Origin: Myxococcota bacterium
Lineage (GTDB): Bacteria > Myxococcota_A > Polyangia > Nannocystales > Nannocystaceae
DNA length: 64,000 nt
Direction of reading: 5' to 3'
NCBI GenBank assembly: GCA_039194325.1
Contig: JBCCWC010000001.1
Span: 192,001-256,000 of the forward strand
Under the pieces are notes generated by a model that did no database searches, was not told the DNA's origin, and saw only the letters and a list, made by a program, of their open reading frames with translations. The position numbers and the translations under genes were made by a program. Positions 9,419 through 19,020 of the stretch are shown in pieces. Each line of letters begins with the position of its first letter. The first letter of the stretch is position 1.

Positions 9419-10264
9419 TCACAGTCGGCGGTCGAAGATCTCGCACCCGGGAAACGTGAACGAGAATCCGTACCAGCGCGTATAGAGCTGAAAGGGCCGC
9501 TCCTTGCCGTCGATGGGCTCGGCGGTGGGGACCTCGTCGTCCAGGCCCAAGCCGACCCGCAGGCGACGACCTCCCAGCTCCACCGCGATCGGCCGGATCA
9601 ACCGCTCGCTGGGATAGAAGCACGCCGACTCGTCCACGATCACGCCCAGGCCCTGCGTGCGCTCGGGTAGGCGCTCGTCGAGCGAGCCCATCGTCCCGCG
9701 GAAACCGGGCGGGAAGAACCCTCTGGTGCCCACCATCCGCCGCGACAAGAACCGCCCGTAGATCGTGCCGAGGATCCCCGGCTCGGAGAGGATCACCTCC
9801 AGCGCCGGATAGCGAGCCAGCGCTCCCTTGGTCGTGGTGTGTCGGATCGGAAACCGACGCAGGCGCGTACCGGCCAGATCGCCATGGAGGGCCTCGCCCG
9901 AGATGTGGTCCCAGTAGGTGCGGGTCTCGTCATCGATGAGGATCACCAACCCGTTGTAAAGGCCGCCGGCGCTGAGGTTCAGCGGTCGCTCGTGGACATG
10001 CGGGATCAGACCGACCCCGCTGTTGCATACGCTTCAAAAACTGACCACGTAGGGCTGACGCGCCAGCACCCCCTGGATCACGTGATGCCAGCCGGCCTGC
10101 CGCATGAGAAACGCGCGACGCTGCCCACCGCGCTCCACGATGAGTAGCTCTTCATGGTCGGCCAAGCCCAGCGAGGACAGCAGCTGCCCCTTGGCGGGAG
10201 CGCGAAAGCGGGGAAAGAAATCCGGCTTCTTGAGCCAAGCGCGGGACGGGTCGAAGGTCGCCAT
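9419..10264 (-). CDS. DUF3179-family protein with in-frame TGA (10036-10034), probably selenocysteine (UxxC)
   Basis: ORFs 10034..10264 and 9419..9949 share one frame: ...WHHVI..PYVVSF-TGA-SVCNSG...GLYNG..ILIDDETRTYWDHISGEA; SECIS-like hairpin follows the TGA. Confidence 0.85.
9996..10023 (-). promoter_or_regulatory. Putative bacterial SECIS element
   Basis: ACA-GCGGGGUC-GGUCU-GAUCCCGC-A-UGU stem-loop starting 11-14 nt after the UGA; apical GGUCU as in the E. coli fdhF SECIS. Confidence 0.75.
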
Positions 10265-10315
10265 GGGTGGGTGGGTCGAGCATAGCGACCCCAGCCGCCC
10301 CGCGACCCCAGCCGT

Positions 10316-10648
10316 TCACTCGAGGTCGGGACTCGGCCCGAGCAGACCGGCAAGCGCCCCCAGCAAGATCGATCCCAGCAACCCCGTGCCCGCCAGCAGG
10401 ACCAGCTGGGGATGCGCGTGGATATCGGGATCCATCAAGAAGGCCACCAGGCACCCCAAGCCAATGGAAAAAAAGATCCACTTGACTCCGGTAAGAACCC
10501 GCGTTTCCTGCCCTGGGTCAACCATACCCCGAAACCATGCCTGGCCTCCGCTCGACCGGCAAGCCATTAGGCCCTCGACGCGCGTGGTGGCGGGAAATCC
10601 CACCACGGACCCCGTCCTGCGTGACGCGCCAACACCGAACCCCAACAC
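10316..10648 (-). CDS. Small two-TM membrane protein (start uncertain, likely downstream of 10648)
   Basis: Two hydrophobic helices in the C-terminal half; co-oriented between the MAPEG and DUF3179 genes. Confidence 0.5.
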   Translation of the reverse strand: MLGFGVGASRRTGSVVGFPATTRVEGLMACRSSGGQAWFRGMVDPGQETRVLTGVKWIFFSIGLGCLVAFLMDPDIHAHPQLVLLAGTGLLGSILLGALAGLLGPSPDLE

Positions 10649-10702
10649 CGAACCCCAACACCGACCTATAGTCGCGATGGCCGAGGCCGGCCTTGGCTGG
10701 CC

Positions 10703-11095
10703 TCACCCCAGCCACGGCAGACAGAACAGCGCCACCGTGCACAAGAAGCCGATCACCCAGACCGCCGAGCGCAGATAGTCCTGGTTGGCGAGGTAGGCGG
10801 CCACGTAGAGAGCGCGAGCCACCACGAAGGCCACACATAAGATCGCCGCCCGATGATCATGACTGCCGGCGAGATCGCTGATGATCACCGCGGCGGCGAA
10901 CCCGGGGAAGGTCTCGAACCCGTTGTAGTGGGCCGCTGCCGCCCGAGCGCCGAACCCATCGAGCTTGGACTGCTGCTGGCGAGGGTGCTTGTTGTCGTAG
11001 CCCCCCGGCTGCCGCGCCATCGCCATCGCCAGCGGCAGCTTGGGCAAGTAGATGAGCACAAAGGCGACTAGCACGCAGATGAATGGCGTCGTCAT
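10703..11095 (-). CDS. MAPEG family membrane protein
   Basis: YDNKHPRQQQ...RAAAAHYNGFE...FVVARALY pattern; ATG 11095 after CAGGA. Confidence 0.9.
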   Translation of the reverse strand: MTTPFICVLVAFVLIYLPKLPLAMAMARQPGGYDNKHPRQQQSKLDGFGARAAAAHYNGFETFPGFAAAVIISDLAGSHDHRAAILCVAFVVARALYVAAYLANQDYLRSAVWVIGFLCTVALFCLPWLG

Positions 11096-11304
11096 CGTCG
11101 TGTCCTGAGCACCCCGAGCATAATCCGTCGCTCGTTTTCCCCCCACGCACCCCGACGATCCGACAGGAGGTGACCGGACGCCTCTGGGGGCGTCGCGATT
11201 CACGCACGTCATAAATTACCGGAATCATGAAGCATTTTCGACCTGTGAATCACCGCTGACCAGACCGGGTCGAAACGGCCGGACGCTCGCCCACCGGTGC
11301 TAGC

Positions 11305-12990
11305 GTGCCCCCGTTCGACATGCGCCGCCCGTATCGTTTGCTCGCCCTGTGTGCCCTGTCTGTCAGCCTCGTCCCCGCGAGCGGCTGTAAGCGAACCCGA
11401 TCCTCCGAGTCTTCTCCGGGCTCCACCGGGAGCGTCGACGATGCCCCGGCCCGACCCAAGCGGGTGCGCCGCAAGCCCGGCCTACCCCGTCCGCTGCGGC
11501 TGCCCGCCCAGGCCCCGCTCATCGTGCACATCCAGCAGCCGGGCGACGCGATCGCGGGGCTGCGCGCGTACTCGCCCCAGCTGCCCGGGGCCCGCGAGCT
11601 CCTCACCCAGGCCGTCACCCAGGTGCCGGGGGCGGGCGAGTTCGAGTCTGCGCTCGCCGAGGCCGCCGACCTCGAGCGCTCGTGGGACGCGGTCAGCATC
11701 GACGGCGAGCTCATCGTGCACGTGCCGATCATCGCCAGCCAGGTCGAGCGGGTGGCCGGCCTGCTCGCCAACAAGCCGCCGGTTGGCCGCTTCGGCGCCG
11801 TCGACCTGCAGCGAAGCACCGGGCCCGCGCCCAAGCTCGCCTGGCTCGATCGCGAGGCCAAGGCCCTCACCCTCGCCAACAGTGAGCGAGGCCTGGCCAC
11901 CGGCCGCCAGCTCGCCCGCGAGTACGGCAAGGAGCACCGCCTACGTCTGACGCTGAGCGGAGCCGAGGCGCGCAAGTACGCCCCGGCCTTCGCTCTGGAG
12001 CAGCTCGACCTCGAGGGCGCGGGTCCCCACCGCTTCGAGCTCACCGCCAAGGGGGTCCCGCCCGAGGTCTTCGCCCAGCTCGACAAGCTCGACGCCGGGG
12101 CGCTCACCGGCCTGCTCGAGTCGCCTCGGATCGCGCTGGGGGCCAGCTCCAAGTATGCCAACTACGACCAGGACGTGCGCCGGATCCTCGGCAACGTCAA
12201 GCGCCAGGTCGATCGTCAGAACTTCCTGGTCAAGGGTACCTTGCAGGATCTCTCGCGCCGGCTGGGCTCGGTGATGCGCAGCTGGAACGGCCGCACCATG
12301 GTCGGCGTGGGGCCCAAGAGCCACGTACTGCTGGGCCTAGGCGCGGAGGATCCCAAGCGCATGGGCGGCGCCCTCTTTCACCTGACCACCGGGGTCATCG
12401 ACAACCTCAGCTTGGCCCGATCGATCGGGGTAAGCGTCCCCAAGATCCGATTCCAGCGCAACAAGAACGCGGCCGCGGGCAGCAACATCTCCGTCATCGC
12501 GCTGGAGAGCGCTCGCAAGTACCTCCCGCCCGAAGCCGCGGCCTTGGTCAACGATCGAGGTGACCTCCGCATCGCGGTGGCCTTTCCCTCTCGGGCCGGA
12601 GCAGGGCTGGTAGTGCTCGGACCCGATTGCCACAACGTGATGGCGCGATGGCTCGAAGACATCGCCGAAGCGACCCCAGCCGCCGATAGCGCCCAGGATT
12701 TCATCGCCGCCACCGCGGCCGTCGATCCCAAGGCCCTCGAGCCGCTGCTGCAGCCGGGCGGGAACGTGGCGAGCCTGCTTGGTCTCGATGCGTCTCGCGA
12801 GCCCACCCGGCTTCGAGTGACCCGCGACGGAGATACCGTGACGATGCACGTGGAAGGGCCTCGGGCCGCGCCTCGGGTTCGAAGATTCGGCGCCCGCCGA
12901 ACGGGTCACCGGAGCCGTACGCCGACCCAGCCCTCCGCGAGCGGCAAGCCAGCGCGGATCGTATCCGGCAAGAGCAAGCCGATCCGCTGA
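11305..12990 (+). CDS. Hypothetical lipoprotein
   Basis: Signal peptide with ASG-C lipobox; 561-aa ORF with typical codon bias. Confidence 0.75.
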   Translation: MPPFDMRRPYRLLALCALSVSLVPASGCKRTRSSESSPGSTGSVDDAPARPKRVRRKPGLPRPLRLPAQAPLIVHIQQPGDAIAGLRAYSPQLPGARELLTQAVTQVPGAGEFESALAEAADLERSWDAVSIDGELIVHVPIIASQVERVAGLLANKPPVGRFGAVDLQRSTGPAPKLAWLDREAKALTLANSERGLATGRQLAREYGKEHRLRLTLSGAEARKYAPAFALEQLDLEGAGPHRFELTAKGVPPEVFAQLDKLDAGALTGLLESPRIALGASSKYANYDQDVRRILGNVKRQVDRQNFLVKGTLQDLSRRLGSVMRSWNGRTMVGVGPKSHVLLGLGAEDPKRMGGALFHLTTGVIDNLSLARSIGVSVPKIRFQRNKNAAAGSNISVIALESARKYLPPEAAALVNDRGDLRIAVAFPSRAGAGLVVLGPDCHNVMARWLEDIAEATPAADSAQDFIAATAAVDPKALEPLLQPGGNVASLLGLDASREPTRLRVTRDGDTVTMHVEGPRAAPRVRRFGARRTGHRSRTPTQPSASGKPARIVSGKSKPIR

Positions 12991-13432
12991 CCTTAGAACA
13001 CATCGGCCCCTACCACGAGCAAGTGCGGATCGACATAGTCCGTTGGGGGCTCGGAGCCCCCCGCGCGGTTGATGCGCTGCCGATCGATCTCGGGTCGGAT
13101 CAGCCCGAAGCGGTCGCGGTTGTTCCTGGCAACGTGACATTCACCTCGGGCGATCGATCGACACGGGTCCGCTCGCAGCCCTCACGATTGACCACGCTTC
13201 ACAGAAGCGATGCAAAGGTACGGGTCACGCCCGCGGAGGTTCGCCTCCGTGGGTGAGTCGCTTACCCCGGATTTCGTAAAACCAGTCAACGGCCTCGGGT
13301 CGTCGTACGGCACGACCTACCGATAGATCGTGCGTTGACACCCCAACGCCGCCCCCTAGACTCGTCCTCGATTCCCGAGGGCTGTCACGCTGGTGCACGA
13401 GTGCGCCCTCGCGAGCGAAAGGACATGCCCAC

Positions 13433-14677
13433 ATGAAGGCGCTCGTACACGGGCTAGAGGGAACCGTGTTGACCGAAACCCGGCTGTCCATGGTCGACAG
13501 CCAGCAGGGCAAGTTCGTGCTCGGAGGGTTTCCGGTCGAGACGCTCGCCCCCCGGGCGCACTACGAAGAGGCGCTGTTCTTGCTCTGGCACGGGCACCTG
13601 CCCACGGCCTCGGCGCTGAGCGAGCTACGAGCCGAGCTGGCCGAAGCCGCGTCGTTGCCAGGCGAGACGATCGATCTGCTCAGAGCGGCCGCCGAGCGCA
13701 AGCTCCCCCCCATGGACGCGCTGAGCATGGGCTTGGCCACGGTTGGACTGCACCACCGTAACACCAACGTGGTGAGGCTCGTCGAGGCAGACACCGCCGC
13801 CAACCGGCAGCGCGCCCTGAAGGTCGTAGCAGCGGTCCCCGCAATCATCGGGGCCTACCATCGATTGCGCGCCAACCTACCGCCCGTGCCTCCCGATCCG
13901 AAGCTCGGCCACGCGGCCAATTACTTGTACATGCTGGGCGGTGAGATCCCGTCGGCCACCCACGTAAGCGCCCTCGATGCCTACCTCAACGTCGCGATCG
14001 ATCATGGCGTGAACGACTCCACCTTCGCCGCCCGGGTCATCGCCAGCACCTGCACCGACGTGGTCTCGGCCGTGCTCGGAGCCCTCGGTGCGCTCAAAGA
14101 TCCGCAGCGCAGCAAGATCCCGGGGCCCGGGCTCGAGATGGTCACCGCGCTCGAGATGGTCTTCGCGCTCGTGGCCCAGGCCGAGCGTCAGGATCGCCCC
14201 CTCGCCGAGGTGACCGAGGCCCACGTGCGCCACGCGGTCCGCAGCGACAGTCGGCTCATGGGCTTTGGTCACCGTGCCTACCGGTCTCGGGATCCCCGGG
14301 CCGAGGTACTCAGCCAGGTCCTGCAGCGGTTGTTTCCTTCCGAGGGCGACAACCCCTTGGTCGATGCGGCGCGGGTGATCGAGTGGGTCGTGCTGCGGGT
14401 GCTCGCCGAGCTCGAGCCTCACCGGCCGCTGGCGACCAACGTGGAGTTCTACACGGCGCTGCTGCTTCACTCGCTCGGGCTGCCCACCGCCGCCTTCACG
14501 CCGACCTTCGCGGTCGCCCGGGTAGGCGGCTGGACGGCACACGTGCTCGAGCAAGTTCAAGAGGATCGGCTGATCCGTCCCCGCTCGACCTATGTGGGCG
14601 TGATCGATCGCGCATGGGTGCCGATGGGCGAGCGCAGCTCCACCATCGCTTGCCACCATAGCCTGAAAGATCGCTAG
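13433..14677 (+). CDS. Citrate/2-methylcitrate synthase-family protein with degenerate active site
   Basis: HGLEG, DHGVNDSTF, LMGFGHRAY, DPRA, NVEFY, LIRPRS present; GPLHGG replaced by DPQRSK. Confidence 0.85.
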   Translation: MKALVHGLEGTVLTETRLSMVDSQQGKFVLGGFPVETLAPRAHYEEALFLLWHGHLPTASALSELRAELAEAASLPGETIDLLRAAAERKLPPMDALSMGLATVGLHHRNTNVVRLVEADTAANRQRALKVVAAVPAIIGAYHRLRANLPPVPPDPKLGHAANYLYMLGGEIPSATHVSALDAYLNVAIDHGVNDSTFAARVIASTCTDVVSAVLGALGALKDPQRSKIPGPGLEMVTALEMVFALVAQAERQDRPLAEVTEAHVRHAVRSDSRLMGFGHRAYRSRDPRAEVLSQVLQRLFPSEGDNPLVDAARVIEWVVLRVLAELEPHRPLATNVEFYTALLLHSLGLPTAAFTPTFAVARVGGWTAHVLEQVQEDRLIRPRSTYVGVIDRAWVPMGERSSTIACHHSLKDR

Positions 14678-15017
14678 CCCAGCTCACCACTCGCGGTGCG
14701 GGTAAAACATCGGCCGGGGGCCGGGGGCCGGGGGCCCCGCTACCGCGGGACGTGCCACGGGAGCTCGGCGGCGCAGGTTACTGGACCTCGGTCAGCAACT
14801 TGACACCGCGACCCCGGCCGGGCGTCCCGAACATTGATTTCGACTCGAAACGGCCACTTCGAGCGAATCAGCGACGTGCGACGCGGGCGAGCGATCATCG
14901 ACGCGGCCGGGGTGAAATTCTCGTTGAAGAAGCGGACGGCCCCGATCGTGACAGGGGCGTACTCCGTTCGTCACTCGCCCCGCTCGACCCCCCGTCGAGC
15001 AACCTGGAGAGAACTGA

Positions 15018-15644
15018 ATGCCGAAATACGCCGATTTCCACGACCGGGCTGGAAACAAGATGACCTTTCTCGAGATCCTCGACCTGTGCAAGCAGTCGTA
15101 CAACGACTTGCAGAACCAGCGAAAGGTACAGATCGCCGGGCAGGAAATGAGCGTCGAGAACAACAGGGTCAGCGGGGGCTTTGCCGCCTACAAGATCAAA
15201 AAGCCCAACGGCTGGACGGCGATCGTATTCCGCGGCAGCGATGACTGGCGAGACTGGGTGCTCAACAACGTCCCGGGCGCCGTGCTGCCCGTGCCCCCGC
15301 CGCAGTACGGGACGGGTCGCCAGTTCGCCAAGCAGCACGACGACAACTGCGTGCTGGTCGGGCACTCGCTGGGCGGAGGCATCGCGAGCTACGCGGCCGC
15401 GCAGAACGGCCAGCACGCCGCCACGATCTTTCCCGCCCCGATCAACCCAGTGTGGCTGACCTTCCCGCTCCCCGTGTGGCCGGCCAAGGGCACCACCGTC
15501 CAGAACTACGTGTGCTCGGGCGAGGTGCTCACCGTGGCGGCAGCGGCGTCCCTCAAGATGCGCCGCTACGGGACCGATGTCTGGGTCGAGTCGACCGGGG
15601 GCGGTCCGATCGAGAAGCACGCGCTCACTGCGATCAAGACCTGA
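15018..15644 (+). CDS. Alpha/beta-hydrolase (lipase class 3 / DUF2974-like)
   Basis: IVFRGS, GHSLGGGIA nucleophile elbow, C-terminal His; GGAG RBS. Confidence 0.8.
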   Translation: MPKYADFHDRAGNKMTFLEILDLCKQSYNDLQNQRKVQIAGQEMSVENNRVSGGFAAYKIKKPNGWTAIVFRGSDDWRDWVLNNVPGAVLPVPPPQYGTGRQFAKQHDDNCVLVGHSLGGGIASYAAAQNGQHAATIFPAPINPVWLTFPLPVWPAKGTTVQNYVCSGEVLTVAAAASLKMRRYGTDVWVESTGGGPIEKHALTAIKT

Positions 15645-15710
15645 TCGACGACTCGGGCGCACCCGACCGGTCGGCTGCACCCCACCAACGACGGAGACAC
15701 CCCGAAGCGA

Positions 15711-16535
15711 TCAGCCCGCCGGGGCGTCGCCGGGCGTGTCACCTTCGCCCTGCGGCGTGAAGACCCGCGCTCGCTCGCTCTCGTTGAGCGCGTCGTTGAG
15801 GATCACCTCGACCTTCGCGGTCTCCCACTTGCCGTCTACGGTGGAGACCTGCACCCGGTACTGCCGGCCGTGGATCACCAGCCGCGCCTCCGAGTTGAAC
15901 CAGCTCCAGACGGTGACCCCCTCTTGGGGGTTGTCGAGCTTGGCCACGCCCGGCAAGGTCAAGCCCACCTTCTGGAGCGCCTGCTTGGGCGCAAACGTGC
16001 CCGCACCGGGGATCTTCTCGAACGCTACCGCCGTGGACTTGCCATCCTCGTAGGTCACCTGGACCACCCCGAACGTCTCGGTCTTGTCGGAGTAGCGCTG
16101 CCAGGCGTGCTGGCACCGAAACCACGTGCGCTCCGGTAGGAAGCGCACGCACGACTTGCGCATGCCACCCTTTTGGTCGGGCAAGGGCGGGCCCAGCAGC
16201 GTCTCGACCTTGGTCGGAGGTTGGCCCAACAGCTCGACCAGGGGTAGCGCCTTGCCCTCGAGGACCCTCGCTAGAGGCTTGCCGTCGTCGTGCCGGGTCG
16301 GCACGGCCGGGATCTTCTTGCCCTGGCCCGATGGGTCGCCCCCCGGAGCCTTCGCGTCCGCCTTTGCCGGCGCCTTGGTCGGGGCGGTCTTGACCTGAGC
16401 GGTCTTGGCCGCGGCGCTTGGGTCCTTTGGATCGGCGCCTGGAGCCGCCGCGCTATAGGGGTCACCTGAGCAGGCGAGCACCAGAGCTCCCCAGACGATC
16501 AGCGGCCAGTGGCTCATGCGGCGGGCTCGCACCAT
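15711..16535 (-). CDS. Hypothetical lipoprotein
   Basis: VLA-C lipobox, Ala/Lys/Pro-rich linker. Confidence 0.75.
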   Translation of the reverse strand: MVRARRMSHWPLIVWGALVLACSGDPYSAAAPGADPKDPSAAAKTAQVKTAPTKAPAKADAKAPGGDPSGQGKKIPAVPTRHDDGKPLARVLEGKALPLVELLGQPPTKVETLLGPPLPDQKGGMRKSCVRFLPERTWFRCQHAWQRYSDKTETFGVVQVTYEDGKSTAVAFEKIPGAGTFAPKQALQKVGLTLPGVAKLDNPQEGVTVWSWFNSEARLVIHGRQYRVQVSTVDGKWETAKVEVILNDALNESERARVFTPQGEGDTPGDAPAG

Positions 16536-16592
16536 GGCGCGCAGAGTACCGCGACGCCCGCGTCCGTCCCACGTGCTACCATTCGGACTCGC

Positions 16593-16674
<82 letters not shown>

Positions 16675-16760
16675 CTCGTGGTTGGCCTGGCCCGCTCTGG
16701 TCGTGGTGGTGAGCCCACCCGCGACGAAGCACCTGGACGAGGAGAGAGGCTCTGGGGCTG

Positions 16761-17912
16761 CTACCGCGGCACAACAGAGATCCCGAGCGTCTGCGACTGC
16801 TGCGACCAGTCGGAGACGAAATCGACTAGCCAGGTGCAGCGCGCCAGCGTGAAGTTCAGCTCCTCGCTCATCGTCGCCGTGATCGTGAAGCCGGTCTCCA
16901 GCTGCGGGTCCTGGAGGTCGTCCGGATGACAGTCGTGGCCCAGTAGCGAGATCGAGCCCGAGGTTCCGCTGAGCCAGACCGTGACCGGGCTGGGCTCGTC
17001 TGTCGTGAAGCACACACCGGTCGGCGCGCTGACGACGTAGGAACCGAAGTGGCCGAGGGTACCGGCATCGCTGCAGTCCAAAGTGGCCTCTGCATCGAAA
17101 CCGGCGCCCAGCGGTACCAGCTCATGACAAGGGGGGAGCGTGGTGTACCGCGTCTCCCAGGTCCCCTTGCGCCAGCGCTCATCGAGCTGCTCAAGTGACT
17201 CGCCCAGGTGAGCTTCGAAGAGATCGCTCAACGCACTGGGGTAGCCCGGATCGGAAAGCACCGTAAGTACCGGGGCCTGCCCGTACTCGTCCATCAGGAA
17301 CGAGAGGAAGTGCGCCCCGTAGGCGTAACGCTCCACTCCGACTTCTTCGGGTGAGAGCTCAAGAAGCTCGAGCATGCTACGCGGCTCGAGGGTCGACACG
17401 CCGATGCTCTGACCACGTGAAGGGCGTTCGTTGCCCAAGATCACCGCCAATCCCTCCTCGAGTATGGAGGGACCGCGGATACCATGAAGTTGGCGGATCG
17501 CATGGACCAACTCGTGGACCTGCACCGCGTAGGAGGTGCTCATCCGAGTCTCGCAGCCGTAGCCCCGGACGCAGCCGCCTTCCAGGGAGCCCTGATCGTA
17601 CTCGCACGCCTCGATCGCGGCCGATACACCGTAGTCGACGATGAACGGAGCCTCGATCGGCAGCCCCATGAGGCCGACGAGGCGCTCGACTTCGGTATCG
17701 AGCATGTCTAGAGTTCCCGCACAGACCGGGCCACCGGTGTGGTTGACGAGCCGCAGGTACCGGGTCTGGTAGTCGACCGTGATCCCGTCCTCGGTGCACA
17801 TGGGCCAGGCATCGACCGGATGAGGGGAGTCGTCCCCCGAGGACATGGCCTCGGGGGACGCGCAGGCCGCCGCCAGTAGCATGACCGGAAGCCATGCCCG
17901 GACGGAGCTCAC
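16761..17912 (-). CDS. Lipoprotein, putative gluzincin-like zinc metallopeptidase
   Basis: LAAA-C lipobox; HELVH...LEEGLA (HEXXH + E); GTG start overlaps the stop of the upstream fragment. Confidence 0.75.
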   Translation of the reverse strand: MSSVRAWLPVMLLAAACASPEAMSSGDDSPHPVDAWPMCTEDGITVDYQTRYLRLVNHTGGPVCAGTLDMLDTEVERLVGLMGLPIEAPFIVDYGVSAAIEACEYDQGSLEGGCVRGYGCETRMSTSYAVQVHELVHAIRQLHGIRGPSILEEGLAVILGNERPSRGQSIGVSTLEPRSMLELLELSPEEVGVERYAYGAHFLSFLMDEYGQAPVLTVLSDPGYPSALSDLFEAHLGESLEQLDERWRKGTWETRYTTLPPCHELVPLGAGFDAEATLDCSDAGTLGHFGSYVVSAPTGVCFTTDEPSPVTVWLSGTSGSISLLGHDCHPDDLQDPQLETGFTITATMSEELNFTLARCTWLVDFVSDWSQQSQTLGISVVPR

Positions 17913-18110
17913 TGGCAAGACCTCAGATAGTTCATGGCAGTCGCGGTCCGACCGCTCGCGTCGACGGTCATCAGCAGCACGGCGTGGCTCCCGGCCGGGA
18001 GCACGGCCTCGACGGTGTCGCTGCTGCCGAGCGTGAACGGGGGAAGCCACCACTGATACGATACCGGTTCTTCAGTCGCCGCGAAGAAGACCACCGGCTC
18101 GTTGCAATCG
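17909..18110 (-). pseudogene. 3' remnant of a gene with a PKD/Ig-like C-terminus
   Basis: SYQWW..LGSSDTVEAVLPAGSHAVLLMTVDASGRTA resembles a PKD-like strand pattern; TGA coupled to the next GTG; its 5' part is occupied by the divergent GNAT gene. Confidence 0.45.
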
Positions 18111-18158
18111 AGCGACGCCTCCGTTTGTTTAATGCAATGGTCCGGTCGGGACCCCCGC

Positions 18159-18944
18159 ATGACCAGGTTGGAGACGAAGGCATTCCTCGACCGGCTCGAC
18201 CGCGAGCGCAAAGCCATGGGCACCCCGTCCGAGGCCGGAATCCGGACCGACTTCTCACACGACCGCACTGGCTGCGCCGTGGTCTACGGTAGTTGCTCCG
18301 TGGGCCGGATCGATGCCGTGATCCGCAAGGAGGTGGCTCGTGCCGACGCTCAGGGGTACGCGATAGACTGGAAGGTCTACGGGCACGACCAACCGAATGA
18401 CCTCCGGGAACGGCTCATGGCTGCGGGTTTCGAGCCAGAGCCGGAGGAACAGGTACTCGTGCTGGCATTGGATCCCGATGCACTGGTCCAGTTCCCGGAG
18501 TCCGCGGTGGTGGTCGAGCAAGTCGTGGGGCGTACCGGCCTGGACGACGTAGCCGAGATCTCACGCGAGATCGGACGAACCCATGTGGAGCAAGAAAGGG
18601 AGGGCTTCGCGAGGCTCATGGCGACCCGACCCGACCATATGACCATCTTCATCGCCCGTGTGGACGACGTTCCAGCCGCTTGCGGACGCATCTACTTCTA
18701 CGACGCGGGCGGATTCGCCGAGCTGTGTGGCGGCCGCACCAAGACGACGTTTCGGAACCGCGGGCTATACCTTGCCATCGTTCGCGCCCGGCTGGCCGAG
18801 GCCCTGCGGCGAGGTTACTCCTATGTCCCAGTAGATGCCCTGCCCACGTCGGAGCCACTGCTCCGCAAGCGAGGCTTCGAGCAGGTCACCTGGACCCAGC
18901 CGCTAGTCTACCGACCCGCCAAGGCCAGCTCGATCGACCCATGA
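18159..18944 (+). CDS. GNAT family N-acetyltransferase
   Basis: GGRTKTTFRNRGLY acetyl-CoA motif A; SEPLLRKRGF. Confidence 0.88.
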   Translation: MTRLETKAFLDRLDRERKAMGTPSEAGIRTDFSHDRTGCAVVYGSCSVGRIDAVIRKEVARADAQGYAIDWKVYGHDQPNDLRERLMAAGFEPEPEEQVLVLALDPDALVQFPESAVVVEQVVGRTGLDDVAEISREIGRTHVEQEREGFARLMATRPDHMTIFIARVDDVPAACGRIYFYDAGGFAELCGGRTKTTFRNRGLYLAIVRARLAEALRRGYSYVPVDALPTSEPLLRKRGFEQVTWTQPLVYRPAKASSIDP

Positions 18945-19020
18945 ACCAGCATCGACCCACCTGACGGAGAATCACCGCTAGACGACGCTCTCCCGACCAC
19001 GCTGTCGGCGACGGGCTGCC

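Noticed and set aside
9419..10264. Pseudogene interpretation of the split DUF3179 ORF
   Set aside because: The only lesion is a TGA exactly at the first Cys of CxxC followed by a SECIS-like hairpin, so recoding is more parsimonious
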